Of a DNA stretch of 64,000 bases, positions 13,089-24,182 are shown in pieces. The DNA is from Neoechinorhynchus agilis (lineage: Eukaryota > Animalia > Acanthocephala): NCBI GenBank assembly GCA_051530055.1, contig CM121342.1, positions 4,463,489 to 4,527,488 of the forward strand, read 5' to 3'. How positions within the stretch are numbered: the first letter of the stretch is position 1; each line of letters opens with the position of its first letter. A program made the translations under genes and the position numbers. Below the pieces are notes generated by a model that worked only from the letters and a program-made list of their open reading frames with translations, did not search any database and had not been told where the DNA came from.

Positions 13089-13260
13089 GGCCAAGGTACA
13101 CAAATGTCCGATTAAGTTCAAACCGATAATTGCCGCCCATAGTTCAATTTGCACAAGTTTGTCTAGGAAACTGGCTCTGATGCTGCGTCAGAGAATGGAG
13201 TGCAAATGCTCTGGGAAGGACTTTATTGGCCGACTTAAGACGTCGTACCAATCCTATGAA
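13089..13260 (+). mobile_element. Penelope-like element remnant continuing from the array
   Basis: AKVHKCPIKFKPIIAAHSSICTSLSRKLALML matches the PLE RT motif PKIHK..P.RPIVS..GS.T..LSK.L. The following ECKCSGKDFIG weakly resembles a GIY-YIG start. Confidence 0.6.
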
Positions 13261-14061
13261 CCTACGACAATTGACGATTTCATTTATTCTAAGCAAACAC
13301 TCATTTTTTTCCTTCTAAATATGAAAGGGTTTGTTTTCAGGGTGCAATTTTTACGATAATCAACGATCAATGTCACATCGTGGAAGAAGATTGAAGTACC
13401 CAATCAAAAACTGATAAAATAGCCCGTGGAAGAGTTTATTTTCATGTTAAAAAATATCAGATTGAAAATGTCGAGTTTAGACACGTCGTTGGGTGATCCT
13501 CGTTACCGCATCAGTAAGAAGAGTTCCCACAGATGCCAGAGGAACAGCCTTCAACCACGTACCCGATTCTCGCGTCGAAACTGCCAACAATCTAGCTCGG
13601 ACGACCCCATCGAGGGATTCCGAGAACCTTGATAATGGCACACCTTCCGAAACTGATCGGATTCAATAAATTACTTCCATAATTATTATACTTTTGGTGA
13701 GGAGGTAACCTCGTCTCCTCCTCCGTCATCTAAAAATGAATTTTTCCCATTCAGGTTTTATGCTTCAGTGCGCGGGATCGCCAAACCCCCGAAGTTCGAA
13801 GACGATATATCCGCTCGAACCCACTGATTTTAGTATTGATTGTTGACACGTCGTTGGCTGGAAGTTTCGAGCTAAAATTAGCTTTATTTCCTTCCATTGT
13901 GTTGGACACAGCGATGCGACGTCTTTTTGGTTTTTGTTCTGTTTCAAAAAAAAGGTGCTACCAAAATCCGTTCGATGAGTAATTTCACCAAAATAATATT
14001 TGACTAACCCAAAAGATTTTCTCTATCGATGACTTCCATAATTCTAAAAAAATTTGGTTCG

Positions 14062-14768
14062 TCACTCAAAAGTATTCTGTTGGTCTTGAATAAACCTCGG
14101 TGGTGGTCTCTCCGGTGGTTCCATCAACTCAGCAAAGTCTTCTCCAATTTGTTTGCTTAGCCGCTTAGGCACATGTTTAAGTCCGTGATAGTGAGCCATT
14201 AAATAGAGTAGAGTCGCTATTGACCAATTTGGTGCCATCAGATAAAGAATTGGACTCGAGAACATGTAAATGGCACATACTGAACATAAGATACTCCTTT
14301 GAACACAACTGATTTGAGTGCACGGCCTATGTGACTTTGTTCTCTTTTTTTTTGCTGATCTCCTTAAATAGAACAACGTCCTATAGAAAAGAATGGATAA
14401 AATCGCCAATGTGGATCTTTAGACTTAAAATATTCTGTTTCTCTTTGGCCAGTTTCTCCACTTCTTCAGCTTCACAGTACATTTTATGGTAATCGATACC
14501 TGTGATTGTATCAATCGATTCCCCATTATCAGTCGATATTTCGACGACACCATAAAATGTGTCAGAAGTTCCTGAATATCGAACAATTCAAGAACCACTG
14601 CCTTATATTTACCAAAAGAGCCATGACGGTGTGGACAATTAGTTGCTTTACCACCACCAAGGCAACAATGCAGGCTAAAGCCGATGTGGATGCTGAGAGG
14701 ATCGCATGACGGCGAGCCCAAATATGCCACTTGAATATGTTTTCAACCGGAGTGGGAGGCGATTGCAT
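14062..14768 (-). CDS. Probable multi-exon membrane protein gene (structure unresolved)
   Basis: ATG at 14768 follows TTTTAG. Overlapping minus-strand ORFs carry hydrophobic segments and candidate GT/AG sites. No exact splice model could be fixed. Confidence 0.35.
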
Positions 14769-15474
14769 TCTGGCTCTAAAATGAAAACCAACAACCGCGC
14801 TAAATACGACTGATGTACCGAATTTTTTATGAATTTTAGTTTCAAGTTTTATTTCGAAAATGGACACTTGAGCGGGCTGTTGAAAGAAAAATCTTTATTC
14901 TCAAGCTTTGGTCGTCTTAAGACTTAAGCTCAGCGATCTACAAAGTCGAAAGGAAGATGTGAAGTTTGTGCGTTAAAGTAGCAACATTGAAGTATATGGA
15001 AAGTTCGTTTCAGTTTGTGGTCTAGGATTCGCTGGAATCATCTATCGACGAGAGACTATTTATATCCTGGACCGTTGAAAGGTGTTTCCACGAAATTTGT
15101 ATTGAAATTTTTACGATCAATGTCACATCGTGGAAGAAGATTGAAGTACCCAATCAAAAACTGATAAAATAGCCCGTGGAAGAGTTTATTTTCATGTTAA
15201 AAAATATCAGATTGAAAATGTCGAGTTTAAGCATTCGGAAAACCAACAAAAAATCGACGTTAAAGCACAAAAACGAGTTTAAATTGAACGGGAAAATTGT
15301 TCGTAGACGCTTATTCGTCGAGGCAAGTGATTACTTGTTTTCCAAAAGATTCTTGTTGATTATTATTCTATTTTTGAGTTTGTCATCGATTGTTGTCAAA
15401 ACATCTTGAGTATAAAAAGAGGCGATTCATCGTTCCAAAGTCAAACTTCTCTCTCTCTCCATCGAACCTTAAAA

Positions 15475-16140
15475 ATGATCGCTCTTCTCTGCTTCACAGC
15501 TTTCATTGCAATTGGTTTCAGCAGTGGAAACCAAAAACGCCAAGGCCAAGAATCGACATTGGGAGACCAATCCAAGGAACTGCGTGGAAATATAACAGTG
15601 AAGTATTATTATGCGGAATCGGACACGGGAACTGATTCAAATTATACTGAGATTCAACAAATCATCGACGCTTTTAATGAGGAGAACGGAAACGGTGCTT
15701 ATCTGAAGAAAATTAAGGACGAATCAAAGGCTGGAAGAGTAGAAATAAATGCAAACGGAACACATTTCGACAAAGAATATGAGTTGGAACGATATGAAAA
15801 GTCAAAATTTGAGGAATTTTTCAATTATAGCATCGATGTATCGGTAGGAAAACGATGGATAGATTTGGAGTATTATGTGGACCCGGATTCAAAAACGGAT
15901 AAAAATTACATGGATATCAAAAAAATCGTTGCCGGTGATGATGACAACATATATTTCGCTCACGTGGAGAAACGGGACAACAAATCCAAGGCTGGAAAAG
16001 TACACATGAAATTATACGTATTCTTTGAGGAGATCAAGCACAAAGAGTTTTCGTACGAAGAGTCAACGTTTGAGAATTATCTTAATGAGTACGTCGTCTG
16101 GTGTTATTTTTATTTAAAGAGAAAGGGAGTTCTCAGTTAG
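15475..16140 (+). CDS. Secreted protein with two internal repeats of about 88 aa (novel family)
   Basis: Signal-like MIALLCFTAFIAIGFSS. Repeats YYxxxDxxTDxNYxxIxxIxxxx...SKAGxV...YExSxFExxxN. AATAAA follows the stop. 3' fragments of the gene recur at about 21015-21366 (-) and 54117-54470 (+). Confidence 0.7.
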   Translation: MIALLCFTAFIAIGFSSGNQKRQGQESTLGDQSKELRGNITVKYYYAESDTGTDSNYTEIQQIIDAFNEENGNGAYLKKIKDESKAGRVEINANGTHFDKEYELERYEKSKFEEFFNYSIDVSVGKRWIDLEYYVDPDSKTDKNYMDIKKIVAGDDDNIYFAHVEKRDNKSKAGKVHMKLYVFFEEIKHKEFSYEESTFENYLNEYVVWCYFYLKRKGVLS

Positions 16141-16243
16141 TTTCGATGGCTGTATCCGTCGATAGTTTCAATAAATAGTTTTTTGGCATTCATTTGTAAA
16201 AAACTTTAGAACGGGTATTTCGTGTTCTAAAATTCAATTTTGA

Positions 16244-18820
16244 TGCCACCTCTCGGATTTGATTTCACCGCCTGAATTATCAGACGAGAAGTGAAATATC
16301 AAAGATAAATAAATCCGTGAATTGTTGAATCCCCAAAGTGGCAAAACTAAGAAAAAGAACGTATCTTTCCCTCCCCCGAAGATAATAATCCAAGAAATCT
16401 TTTTAACTTTCTTTTAGTTTTGCCTCCCCTCGGATTTGATTTCACCGCCTGAATTATCAGACGAGAAGTGAAATATCAAAGATAAATAAATCCGTGAATT
16501 TTTGAATCCCCAAAGTGGCGAAACTAAGAAAAAGAAAGTCTCTTTCCCTCCCCCGAAGATAATAATCCAAGAAATCTTTTTAACTTTCTTTTAGTTTTGC
16601 CACCCCCCCCGGATTTGAATTCACTGCCTGAATTATCAGACGAGAAGTGAAATATCGGAGATAAATAAATCAGTGAATGCCCAAAGTGCCAAAACTAAGA
16701 AAAAGAACGTATCTTTCCCTCCCCCGAAGATAATAATCCAAGAAATCTTTTTAACTTTCTTTTTCTTAGTTTTGCCTCCCCTCGGATTTGATTTCACTGC
16801 CTGAATTATCAGACGAGAAGTGAAATATCGGAGATAAATAAATCCGTGAATTTTTGAATCCTCAAAGTGGCAAAACTAAGAAAAAGAAAGTCTCTTTCCC
16901 TCCCCCGAAGATAATAATTCAAGAAATCTTTTTAAGTTTCTTTTAGTTTTGCCACCCCTCCGGATTTTAATTCACTGCCTGAATTATCAAACGAGAAGTG
17001 AAATATCGGAGATAAATAAATCAGTGAATTGTTGAATCCCCAAAGTGAAAAAACTAAGAAAAAGATAGTTTCTTTTCCTCCCCCGAAGATAATAATCCAA
17101 GAAATCTTTTTAACTTTCTTTTAGTTTTGCAACCCCCCCCCCGGATTTGAATTAACTGCCTGAATTATCAGACGAGAAGTAAAATATCGGGGATAAATAA
17201 ATCAGTGAATTGTTGAATCCCCAAAGTGAAAAAACTAAGAAAAATTGATTTCACTGCCTGAATTATCAGACGAGAAGTGAAATATCGGAGATAAATAAAT
17301 CCGTGAATCCTCAAAGTGAAAAAACTAAGAAAAAGAACGTATCTTTCCCTCCCCCGAAGATAATAATCCAAGAAATCTTTTTAACTTTCTTTTAGTTTTG
17401 CCACCCCCGGATTTGAATTCACTGCTTTAATTATCAGACGAGAAGTGAAATATCGGGGATAAATAAATCAGTGAATTTTGAATCCTCAAAGTGGCAAAAC
17501 TAAGAAAAAGAAAGTCTCTTTCCCTCCCCCGAAGATAATAATCCAAGAAATCTTTTTAACTTTCTTTTTCTTAGTTTTGCCTCCCCTCGGATTTGATTTC
17601 ACCGCCTGAATTATCAGACGAGAAGTGAAATATCGGGGATAAATAAATCAGTGAATTGTTGAATCCCCAAAGTGGCAAAACTAAGAAAAAGAAAGTATCT
17701 TTCCCTCCCCCGAAGATAATAATCCAAGAAATCTTTTTAACTTTCTTTTTCTTAGTTTTGCCTCCCCTCGGATTTGAATTCACTGCCTGAATTATCAGAC
17801 GAGAAGTGAAATATCGGGGATAAATAAATCAGTGAATTTTTGAATCCCCAAAGTGGCAAAACTAAGAAAAAGAAAGTCTCTTTCCCTCCCCGGAAGATAA
17901 TAATCCAAGAAATCTTTTTAACTTTCTTTTTCTTAGTTTTGCCTCCCCTCGGATTTGATTTCACCGCCTGAATTATAAGACGAGAAGTGAAATATCGGGG
18001 ATAAATAAGCCAGTGAATTTTTGAATCCCCAAAGTGGCAAAACTAAGAAAAAGAAAGTTTCTTTTCCTCCCCCGAAGATAATAATCCAAGAAATCTTTTT
18101 AACTTTCTTTTAGTTTTGCCACCTCTCGGATTTGATTTCACTGCCTGAATTATCGGACGAGAAGTGAAATATCGGAGATAAATAAATCCGTGAATCCCAA
18201 AGTGAAAAAACTAAGAAAAAGAAAGTTTCTTTTCCTCCCCCGAAGATAATAATCCAAGAAATCTTTTTAACTTTCTTTTAGTTTTGCCACCCCCCGGATT
18301 TGAATTCACTGCCTGAATTATCAGACGAGAAGTGAAATATCGGGGATAAATAAATCAGTGAATTTTGATCCCCAAAGTGAAAAAACTAAGAAAAAGAAAG
18401 TTTCTTTTCCTCCCCCGAAGATAATAATCCAAGAAATCTTTTTAACTTTCTTTTAGTTTTGCCACCCCCCCGGATTTGATTTCACTGCCTGAATTATCAG
18501 ACGAGAAGTGAAATATCGGGGATAAATAAGCCAGTGAATTTTTGAATCCCCAAAGTGGCAAAACTAAGAAAAAGAAAGTTTCTTTTCCTCCCCCGAAGAT
18601 AATAATCCAAGAAATCTTTTTAACTTTCTTTTAGTTTTGCCACCCCTCGGATTTGAATTCACTGCTTTAATTATCAGACGAGAAGTGAAATATCGGAGAT
18701 AAATAAATCAGTGAATCCCCAAAGTGGCAAAACTAAGAAAAAGAACGTATCTTTCCCTCCCCCGAAGATAATAATCCAAGAAATCTTTTTAAGTTTCTTT
18801 TAGTTTTGCCACCCCTCGGA
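16244..18820. repeat. Tandem array, unit about 178 bp, about 14 copies
   Basis: GCCTGAATTATCAGACGAGAAGTGAAATATC recurs at roughly 170-181 bp spacing, with SNP/indel variants and one partial unit. Confidence 0.97.
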
Positions 18821-19220
18821 TCGCCGATAACTAACAATCGACGAAATACTGATGTCCAAAGCTATTCGTACAAAGCTGATAACCGCGTATGTTTTTGAAA
18901 GTCTGATTTTATGGGCTTCCTTGAACGAAGATATCGGCTGGCTGTGTGCCTAAAGTGAAAAAGCCGAGTAAGAGATGTTTGTTTAGCCGCGCTGTTGACT
19001 CATTTTGCCCAAATCTCTCATGAAATAAACCCAATTTTACAAAAGTCCTTTTTCAAAGTGCTCTTTATTTTGGAAGTCCGTTTTGGTGCTTTCTTTAAGA
19101 TTGAATTGCTCATGTTTTTGTTTATGGCGGAAAAAATTGATGGAATTTTGGTTAAATCCGAAATTTTTATGAGGCACATCCTCGTGTGTTTTTATCAACT
19201 TTACTCCGAATTTTCAGAGA

Positions 19221-19541
19221 ATGCGGTCGGATCTTCAGGATCTTCGTAAGAAGGAAATTGTTACGGATCTATCGAAATTCATGGACAAAAAAATTCGAGT
19301 AAAGTTTGTAGGTGGACGAGAATGTACCGGCATTCTTAAAGGCTACGATCAATACTCGAATCTGGTACTGGACAGTACACTCGAGTACTCCCGTGATCCG
19401 GATGGAGAATCCAGAGGATTAGAGTGCGAGGCTCATTCACTTGGTCTGGTTATTGCCCGCGGAACTTCTATTATACTCGTATGTCCCATGGAAGGAATGG
19501 AGCAAATTCCTAATCCTTTTATGAACGCCACTGATGAATAA
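19221..19541 (+). CDS. LSM7: U6 snRNA-associated Sm-like protein LSm7 (intronless)
   Basis: DLSKFMDKKIRVKFVGGRECTGILKGYDQYSNLVLD...LGLVIARGTSIILVCPMEGMEQIPNPF contains the Sm1/Sm2 motifs and the LSm7 C-terminus. Confidence 0.93.
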   Translation: MRSDLQDLRKKEIVTDLSKFMDKKIRVKFVGGRECTGILKGYDQYSNLVLDSTLEYSRDPDGESRGLECEAHSLGLVIARGTSIILVCPMEGMEQIPNPFMNATDE

Positions 19542-19935
19542 ATGGGTCACTTTCTGGATGTGAATCATTTTCACCACATGACCTTCAATGAAATAATCAA
19601 TTAGATGAATAAACATCTAGCTGGGTTATTGGGTGGTTAAGAATCGATTCCTTGAGATATTGGCGTATAGTTTTAACAACGCTACTAAAAGCAAATGAGC
19701 ATATCGTTTGCATAGTTGCGGTTCAGAGGGAAATTTCTTTGCATCCGAGACATGCAAATTATCATGCCCTTCAATCTTTGTATTTCTCTCACTCTATGGA
19801 GCCTTGTTTCCTAGTCACTAATGTTGACTTTACGAGACTCATAGCTAGTTGGGAGGTGTTGACGTTCACTTTTGAAACAGTTAAAGAATCCATCAGGTAA
19901 CATCGTCGTTTCCAATTGCAAACTTCGAGCAAAAG

Positions 19936-20382
19936 ATGAAAGTAGTCGTAAGCCCTAATCAACAGCAGCAGCAGCAGGTAAAGTGTGGGCAATTGCAAAA
20001 ATGCGCTCATTTCATTCATTCAGATTCCAGGAAAACCTATATCGTTTCAAGTGGCTCTTGTAGAAGAGGAAAACGTGAGATGTTTGTTTGTTTTCCATAT
20101 GTACTATTCCGAGTTTAGGTTCAACCGAAACGGCCTCGACCGAAGAAACGTAACAAAACTTTATTCAAGAAACTGATTGTGTATACTAATGTGAGAGCTT
20201 TTCATATTTATTTTTTGACACTATCTCCTTTGTAGCCTACTCTGTTTGCTGCGAGCAAAGTAGCAAAAAGAATGAAAGGCAAGTCAACGGATAAAAAAGA
20301 CGCGGAAAGTACTTCAATTCTGTACTTCGGCACTGTTATCCCGATCTACAGTGAAGATCAGCAGCTGCTGATTTCTTATTAA
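19936..20382 (+). CDS. Four-exon hypothetical protein (poly-Q, basic patch)
   Basis: Three phase-0 canonical introns at 19978-20023 (46 nt), 20075-20118 (44 nt) and 20191-20235 (45 nt) give an uninterrupted frame MKVVVSPNQQQQQQ|IPGK...EEN|VQPKRPRPKKRNK...TN|PTLF...LISY-stop. Upstream exons are possible. Confidence 0.6.
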
Positions 20383-21366
20383 AAGCAAACTCACATTTTT
20401 CTAACGGAAATTTCTCAACGAAGTTTCTTGGAATAATTCCGAAAGCGCGCAAAAAAGGCGTTGAGAGATGCTAAAAAGGTTCTGATTCTCTGGAGGAAAA
20501 TAATAAACAAAGAATTTGATCAGATTTTTCTCGATTTACCTGAATCGCGAAATTTAAGTTGTGTTGGTCGAAATGGGAAAAAATGAATTGCCATCGATCG
20601 AGAAATATCGATCTAATTTACAGAGTGATAAGGCGCTATTTCTGACGGACGACAGTCGAAAATAAACAAATCATCGCGAGCGCAGGCGAACGACGTAAAA
20701 AATGACCACAACACCGTAAATCACACACGTAAAGTACAGAAAAAGAACGCTACTTTTGACCATTTGCGTTCACTTCAAACTTTGGGAAATATGACGAAAT
20801 CAGCGACGATTCTTCCAGATCAGCCTAATATTTCGTGATTTGTACGTGGTGCCGCCTCGTGTAGATTAATTGTCGGTGAAGCTAAGAAAAATTCGTTCAA
20901 AGATGAGAGCAAATGCCGGGAGCCGTTTATATTCTGATCAAATTTTAAAGGATCGGGACCTAATTTTAAGATTTCGTTTATTTGGGACGGCTTTGTGTGT
21001 GTTCAAAACGATCGCTTCAAAATTGAATTTTAGAACACGAAATACCCGTTCTAAAGTTTTTTACGAATGAATGCCAAAAAACTATTAATTGAAACTATCG
21101 ACGGATACAGCCATCGAAACTAACTGAGATCTGCCGTTCTCAGTTAAGATAGTTCTTAAATTTTGACTTTTCGTACCAAAACTCCTCTTCAACTTTTCCA
21201 AAGGGTCCGTATGATTTCATGTGTACTTTTCCAGCCTTGGATTTGTTGTCCCGTTTCTCCACGTGAACGATATGTTTGTACTTACTACCGGCAACGATTT
21301 GTTTGATATCCGTGTAATTTTTATCCGTTTTTGAATCCGGGTCCACATAATACTCCACATCTGCCG
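20367..21366 (-). repeat. About 1-kb segment duplicated in inverted orientation at 54117-55109; its left part also matches about 15865-16242
   Basis: Near-identical sequence by eye, carrying the 3' half and 3' flank of the secreted repeat gene. Confidence 0.9.
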
Positions 21367-22218
21367 ATCGATATAGTGACGCGACTCATTCACGCTCCAA
21401 GTTTTTGCTCACCGCATCTTTAATGACCTCTGGACGTTTACTATGTGGCGGCGACTTCTCTCACGTGAATGACGGGCAGCCGGAAGAAGTTTCCTTTCGC
21501 CGAATGAAGGAAGGACAACAAGCATTTGACCAATGTAGATAGAATAATAATAAGAATAAACTTCGTCTTCTTTCCGTGACGCCGCTAAAGATGTTTGAAA
21601 AGTTCAAAAATTGAAAGCTATTTACGCATGCTTCCGTCTTGTGACGCGACTCATTCACGCTCCAAGTTTTTGTTTACCGCATCTTTAATTACCTCTGGAC
21701 GTTCGGTCGTAATTTTAAATTTCTGGATAACTTTAGGAGGAGATGCCTCGTCATACAACTCTAGCATTTCCATCGCAGCCAACATACCCTCCAAGCCACT
21801 ATAGGTTACCGCAAATGGAAGCTCCTGGCAAACAGCTTCGAGAATGGACGTCCGCTGTGTGGATATACCATGTCAGAGTGTAGCAATTAGATTTCAGCTC
21901 GAACCTCCGACCAAGAGTAGTCTGTAACACCGTGAAACTATTCATTGTAGATCCAGTGGCTCCGCAAGTAGGCGGATCGCGCACTTGGAGAATCACCGTG
22001 AACCTTCCAACCACACATCTATCGTAACTAGAAAATTATTACGATCAGTCCCGTTAAGAGGAATGGGCCTAGATCGATCACAAGGATGAGATATAGCTCC
22101 ATTGCAGATTGAACTGCGTGGAAGGTAACGCTGGAACGCTATCAGGATTGCCAGAGAAAATGCCTGCTGGAATAATCTGGTGTATCGCACCCGCATAGCG
22201 GGTTTCTTAGCTGACAAA

Positions 22219-22608
22219 ATGTTCACTTTCCTTTTACTTTTCTCGATTATCTACTCGACAGTGAACGTCGCCGCATTGTCGACGAATGCACCCGCAAAAA
22301 AGACTTGTTCATGTGAACTGGACAATTTCAACGTAAATTCTGAGACCGAAAAGGTGAATATCATTAAGAATAGAGGATGTTTTCAGAGTGAAGATCGATG
22401 CTGTGCACTGCCTCCGAAATGCATTACTCAATGTCCTCGTCCATGTTTACAAACTTGCGGCCCTTGTCCGTGTGTTATCGATGAACCGCCAGTTATAAAT
22501 GTTATCTGCTCGGACGCTCGATGTAATGGATACACAGCTCCTCCTTATTGCCAGCACAACCAAAATTGTCCAACTTATCAACCTGGATGTTGTCTAAAGT
22601 GCTGTTGA
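22219..22608 (+). CDS. Secreted cysteine-rich small protein (129 aa), copy 1
   Basis: Signal-like MFTFLLLFSIIYSTVNVAA, many Cys ending CCLKCC, AATAAA downstream. An identical protein is encoded at 58702-59091 (-). Confidence 0.7.
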   Translation: MFTFLLLFSIIYSTVNVAALSTNAPAKKTCSCELDNFNVNSETEKVNIIKNRGCFQSEDRCCALPPKCITQCPRPCLQTCGPCPCVIDEPPVINVICSDARCNGYTAPPYCQHNQNCPTYQPGCCLKCC

Positions 22609-23550
22609 GATTGAGAGATGATTTAGAGATTTAGAAATAAAAAGTAGATTGGCATTTGGAGGCTCTTTTATGGTTTTCGTCGCCATGATTGTAAAAATAC
22701 GCGATGTGTTCAAGTTTTATCCTCTGTTGTGTAAATTTCGTTAGTAGAAATGAAGGCGAAATCAATAGCTCATCTCAACTTTTAGTTTTGCAATGTGAAC
22801 CGTGTGGATTACTGGCCACGTACATCACCCGCGATTCCACAACGATATTTTCCCACATTCATCATTGCCATCCGATGAGTAACTTTATCCATCTCTCGAT
22901 CTTCTATAACATCTCGCCAAATTCTATTTGGGCGCTTCATTCGCTTCTTCTTAGAGTTAAGCAAAGGTTTCATCTAAAAAAGGAACTAAGAAATAGAGAA
23001 CTCAGTCATATCGAGAAGATCCATGGTAAATTTTGACTTGTGGTTAAGATTCATTTTATAGTTCGCGAAATATTTCGAAAGGGAGAAAACTTCGCCTTCT
23101 CTCAATTATTGCTTGTAAGTTAACTGGGTGATTATTTTCACCACGAGTGAAAATAGAGAACTATTCGATGGTCAATGGCTTTGGTTATCGGCAATTTTTT
23201 TTGAACGCCACTCGTTTCCAACGAATCATCGTTTTGCGGCGGCTAACAACGATGGATTCAATCACGACATTCGTCATCGTCGTTTACCAAAGCGTCTCTT
23301 GTTTTTCCAAAGTCACCTTGATTTTCCGTGCCGCTTGTTCTTAGCTCCATAACCAAAAGTTCGTTGCTTTCATTCAAAGAAATTCTTCTCTCTTTAGCGA
23401 ATAGATTGTTTGTTCATAAATCATGATTAAAAGTAATTAGAGTAGCCAATCACAGCTCTCGCTCTTACCCTTTATTCATCATCTGGAAGAAAATGTTCAT
23501 CTCTTTTTTTAGACTTGAAACGTTCATTTTTGATCATCCAACGATATTGA

Positions 23551-24055
23551 ATGGCGGCTGAACGAAGGCTTCGTAAGGAATTGATGGGTTTCATGACTGA
23601 TCCTCCATCGGGGATGAGCATCGATACGGATGCCGTAGAACGAAACATTTACTTATGGCTCATAAAAGTGAAAGGAGCATCGGGGACGTTATTTGAAGGC
23701 GAAGAGTTCATTCTAAAGTTCGTATTTTCTCATCAATATCCATTCGAAGCACCGTCGGTTCTCTTCACCGGAGACAGTGTTCCGATGCATCCTCATATCT
23801 ACTCAAACGGACACATTTGTTTATCCATTCTGTATTCGTATTGGTCGTAGTCGGGGTTGGGCGCCTAAAACGATCAATGCCATCTACGATGATTGGTCGC
23901 CGGCATTGTCCGTCGAATCTGTGTGTATGAGCATTCTCAGTATGCTCTCATCGTGCAAAGAAAAAGCTCGACCGCCGGACGATAAACTTTATGTAGCCAG
24001 ATCATCCGGTGATCCGAGACAAACACGATGGTGGTTCCATGACACTTCTGTATGA
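23551..24055 (+). CDS. UBE2W: Ubiquitin-conjugating enzyme E2 W, two exons split by a non-canonical intron
   Basis: HPHIYSNGHICLSILY plus DDWSPALSVESVCMSILSMLSSCKEK...WWFHD. Removing 23836-23887 restores the UBE2W signature. Confidence 0.9.
23836..23887 (+). other. Non-canonical hairpin intron in UBE2W (TC..AC, or TT..TA if shifted by 1 nt)
   Basis: 52-nt insertion between ILY and DDW. An 11-bp stem forms between 23838-23848 and 23870-23880 with two G.U pairs. No GT-AG pair gives the clean junction. Confidence 0.75.
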
Positions 24056-24182
24056 GAGCGAGAGACTACTTGTACGAGTGAGTCCTTAGATAAAAATATA
24101 CGGTCTCTCGGTCTTTTTCTATTTTTGTTCAAATTAAATACGAACATTTTTACCAGCATCGGAATTTTGAGCTTTGATTAGG

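Noticed and set aside
21370-22200. GC-richer block with short ORFs and a 63-bp duplication, possible integrase remnant
   Set aside because: No convincing catalytic motifs.
23832-23850. 19-nt GT-AG intron in UBE2W
   Set aside because: It is in frame but leaves about 11 non-homologous residues beside the active site and ignores the hairpin. Kept only as the alternative to test.
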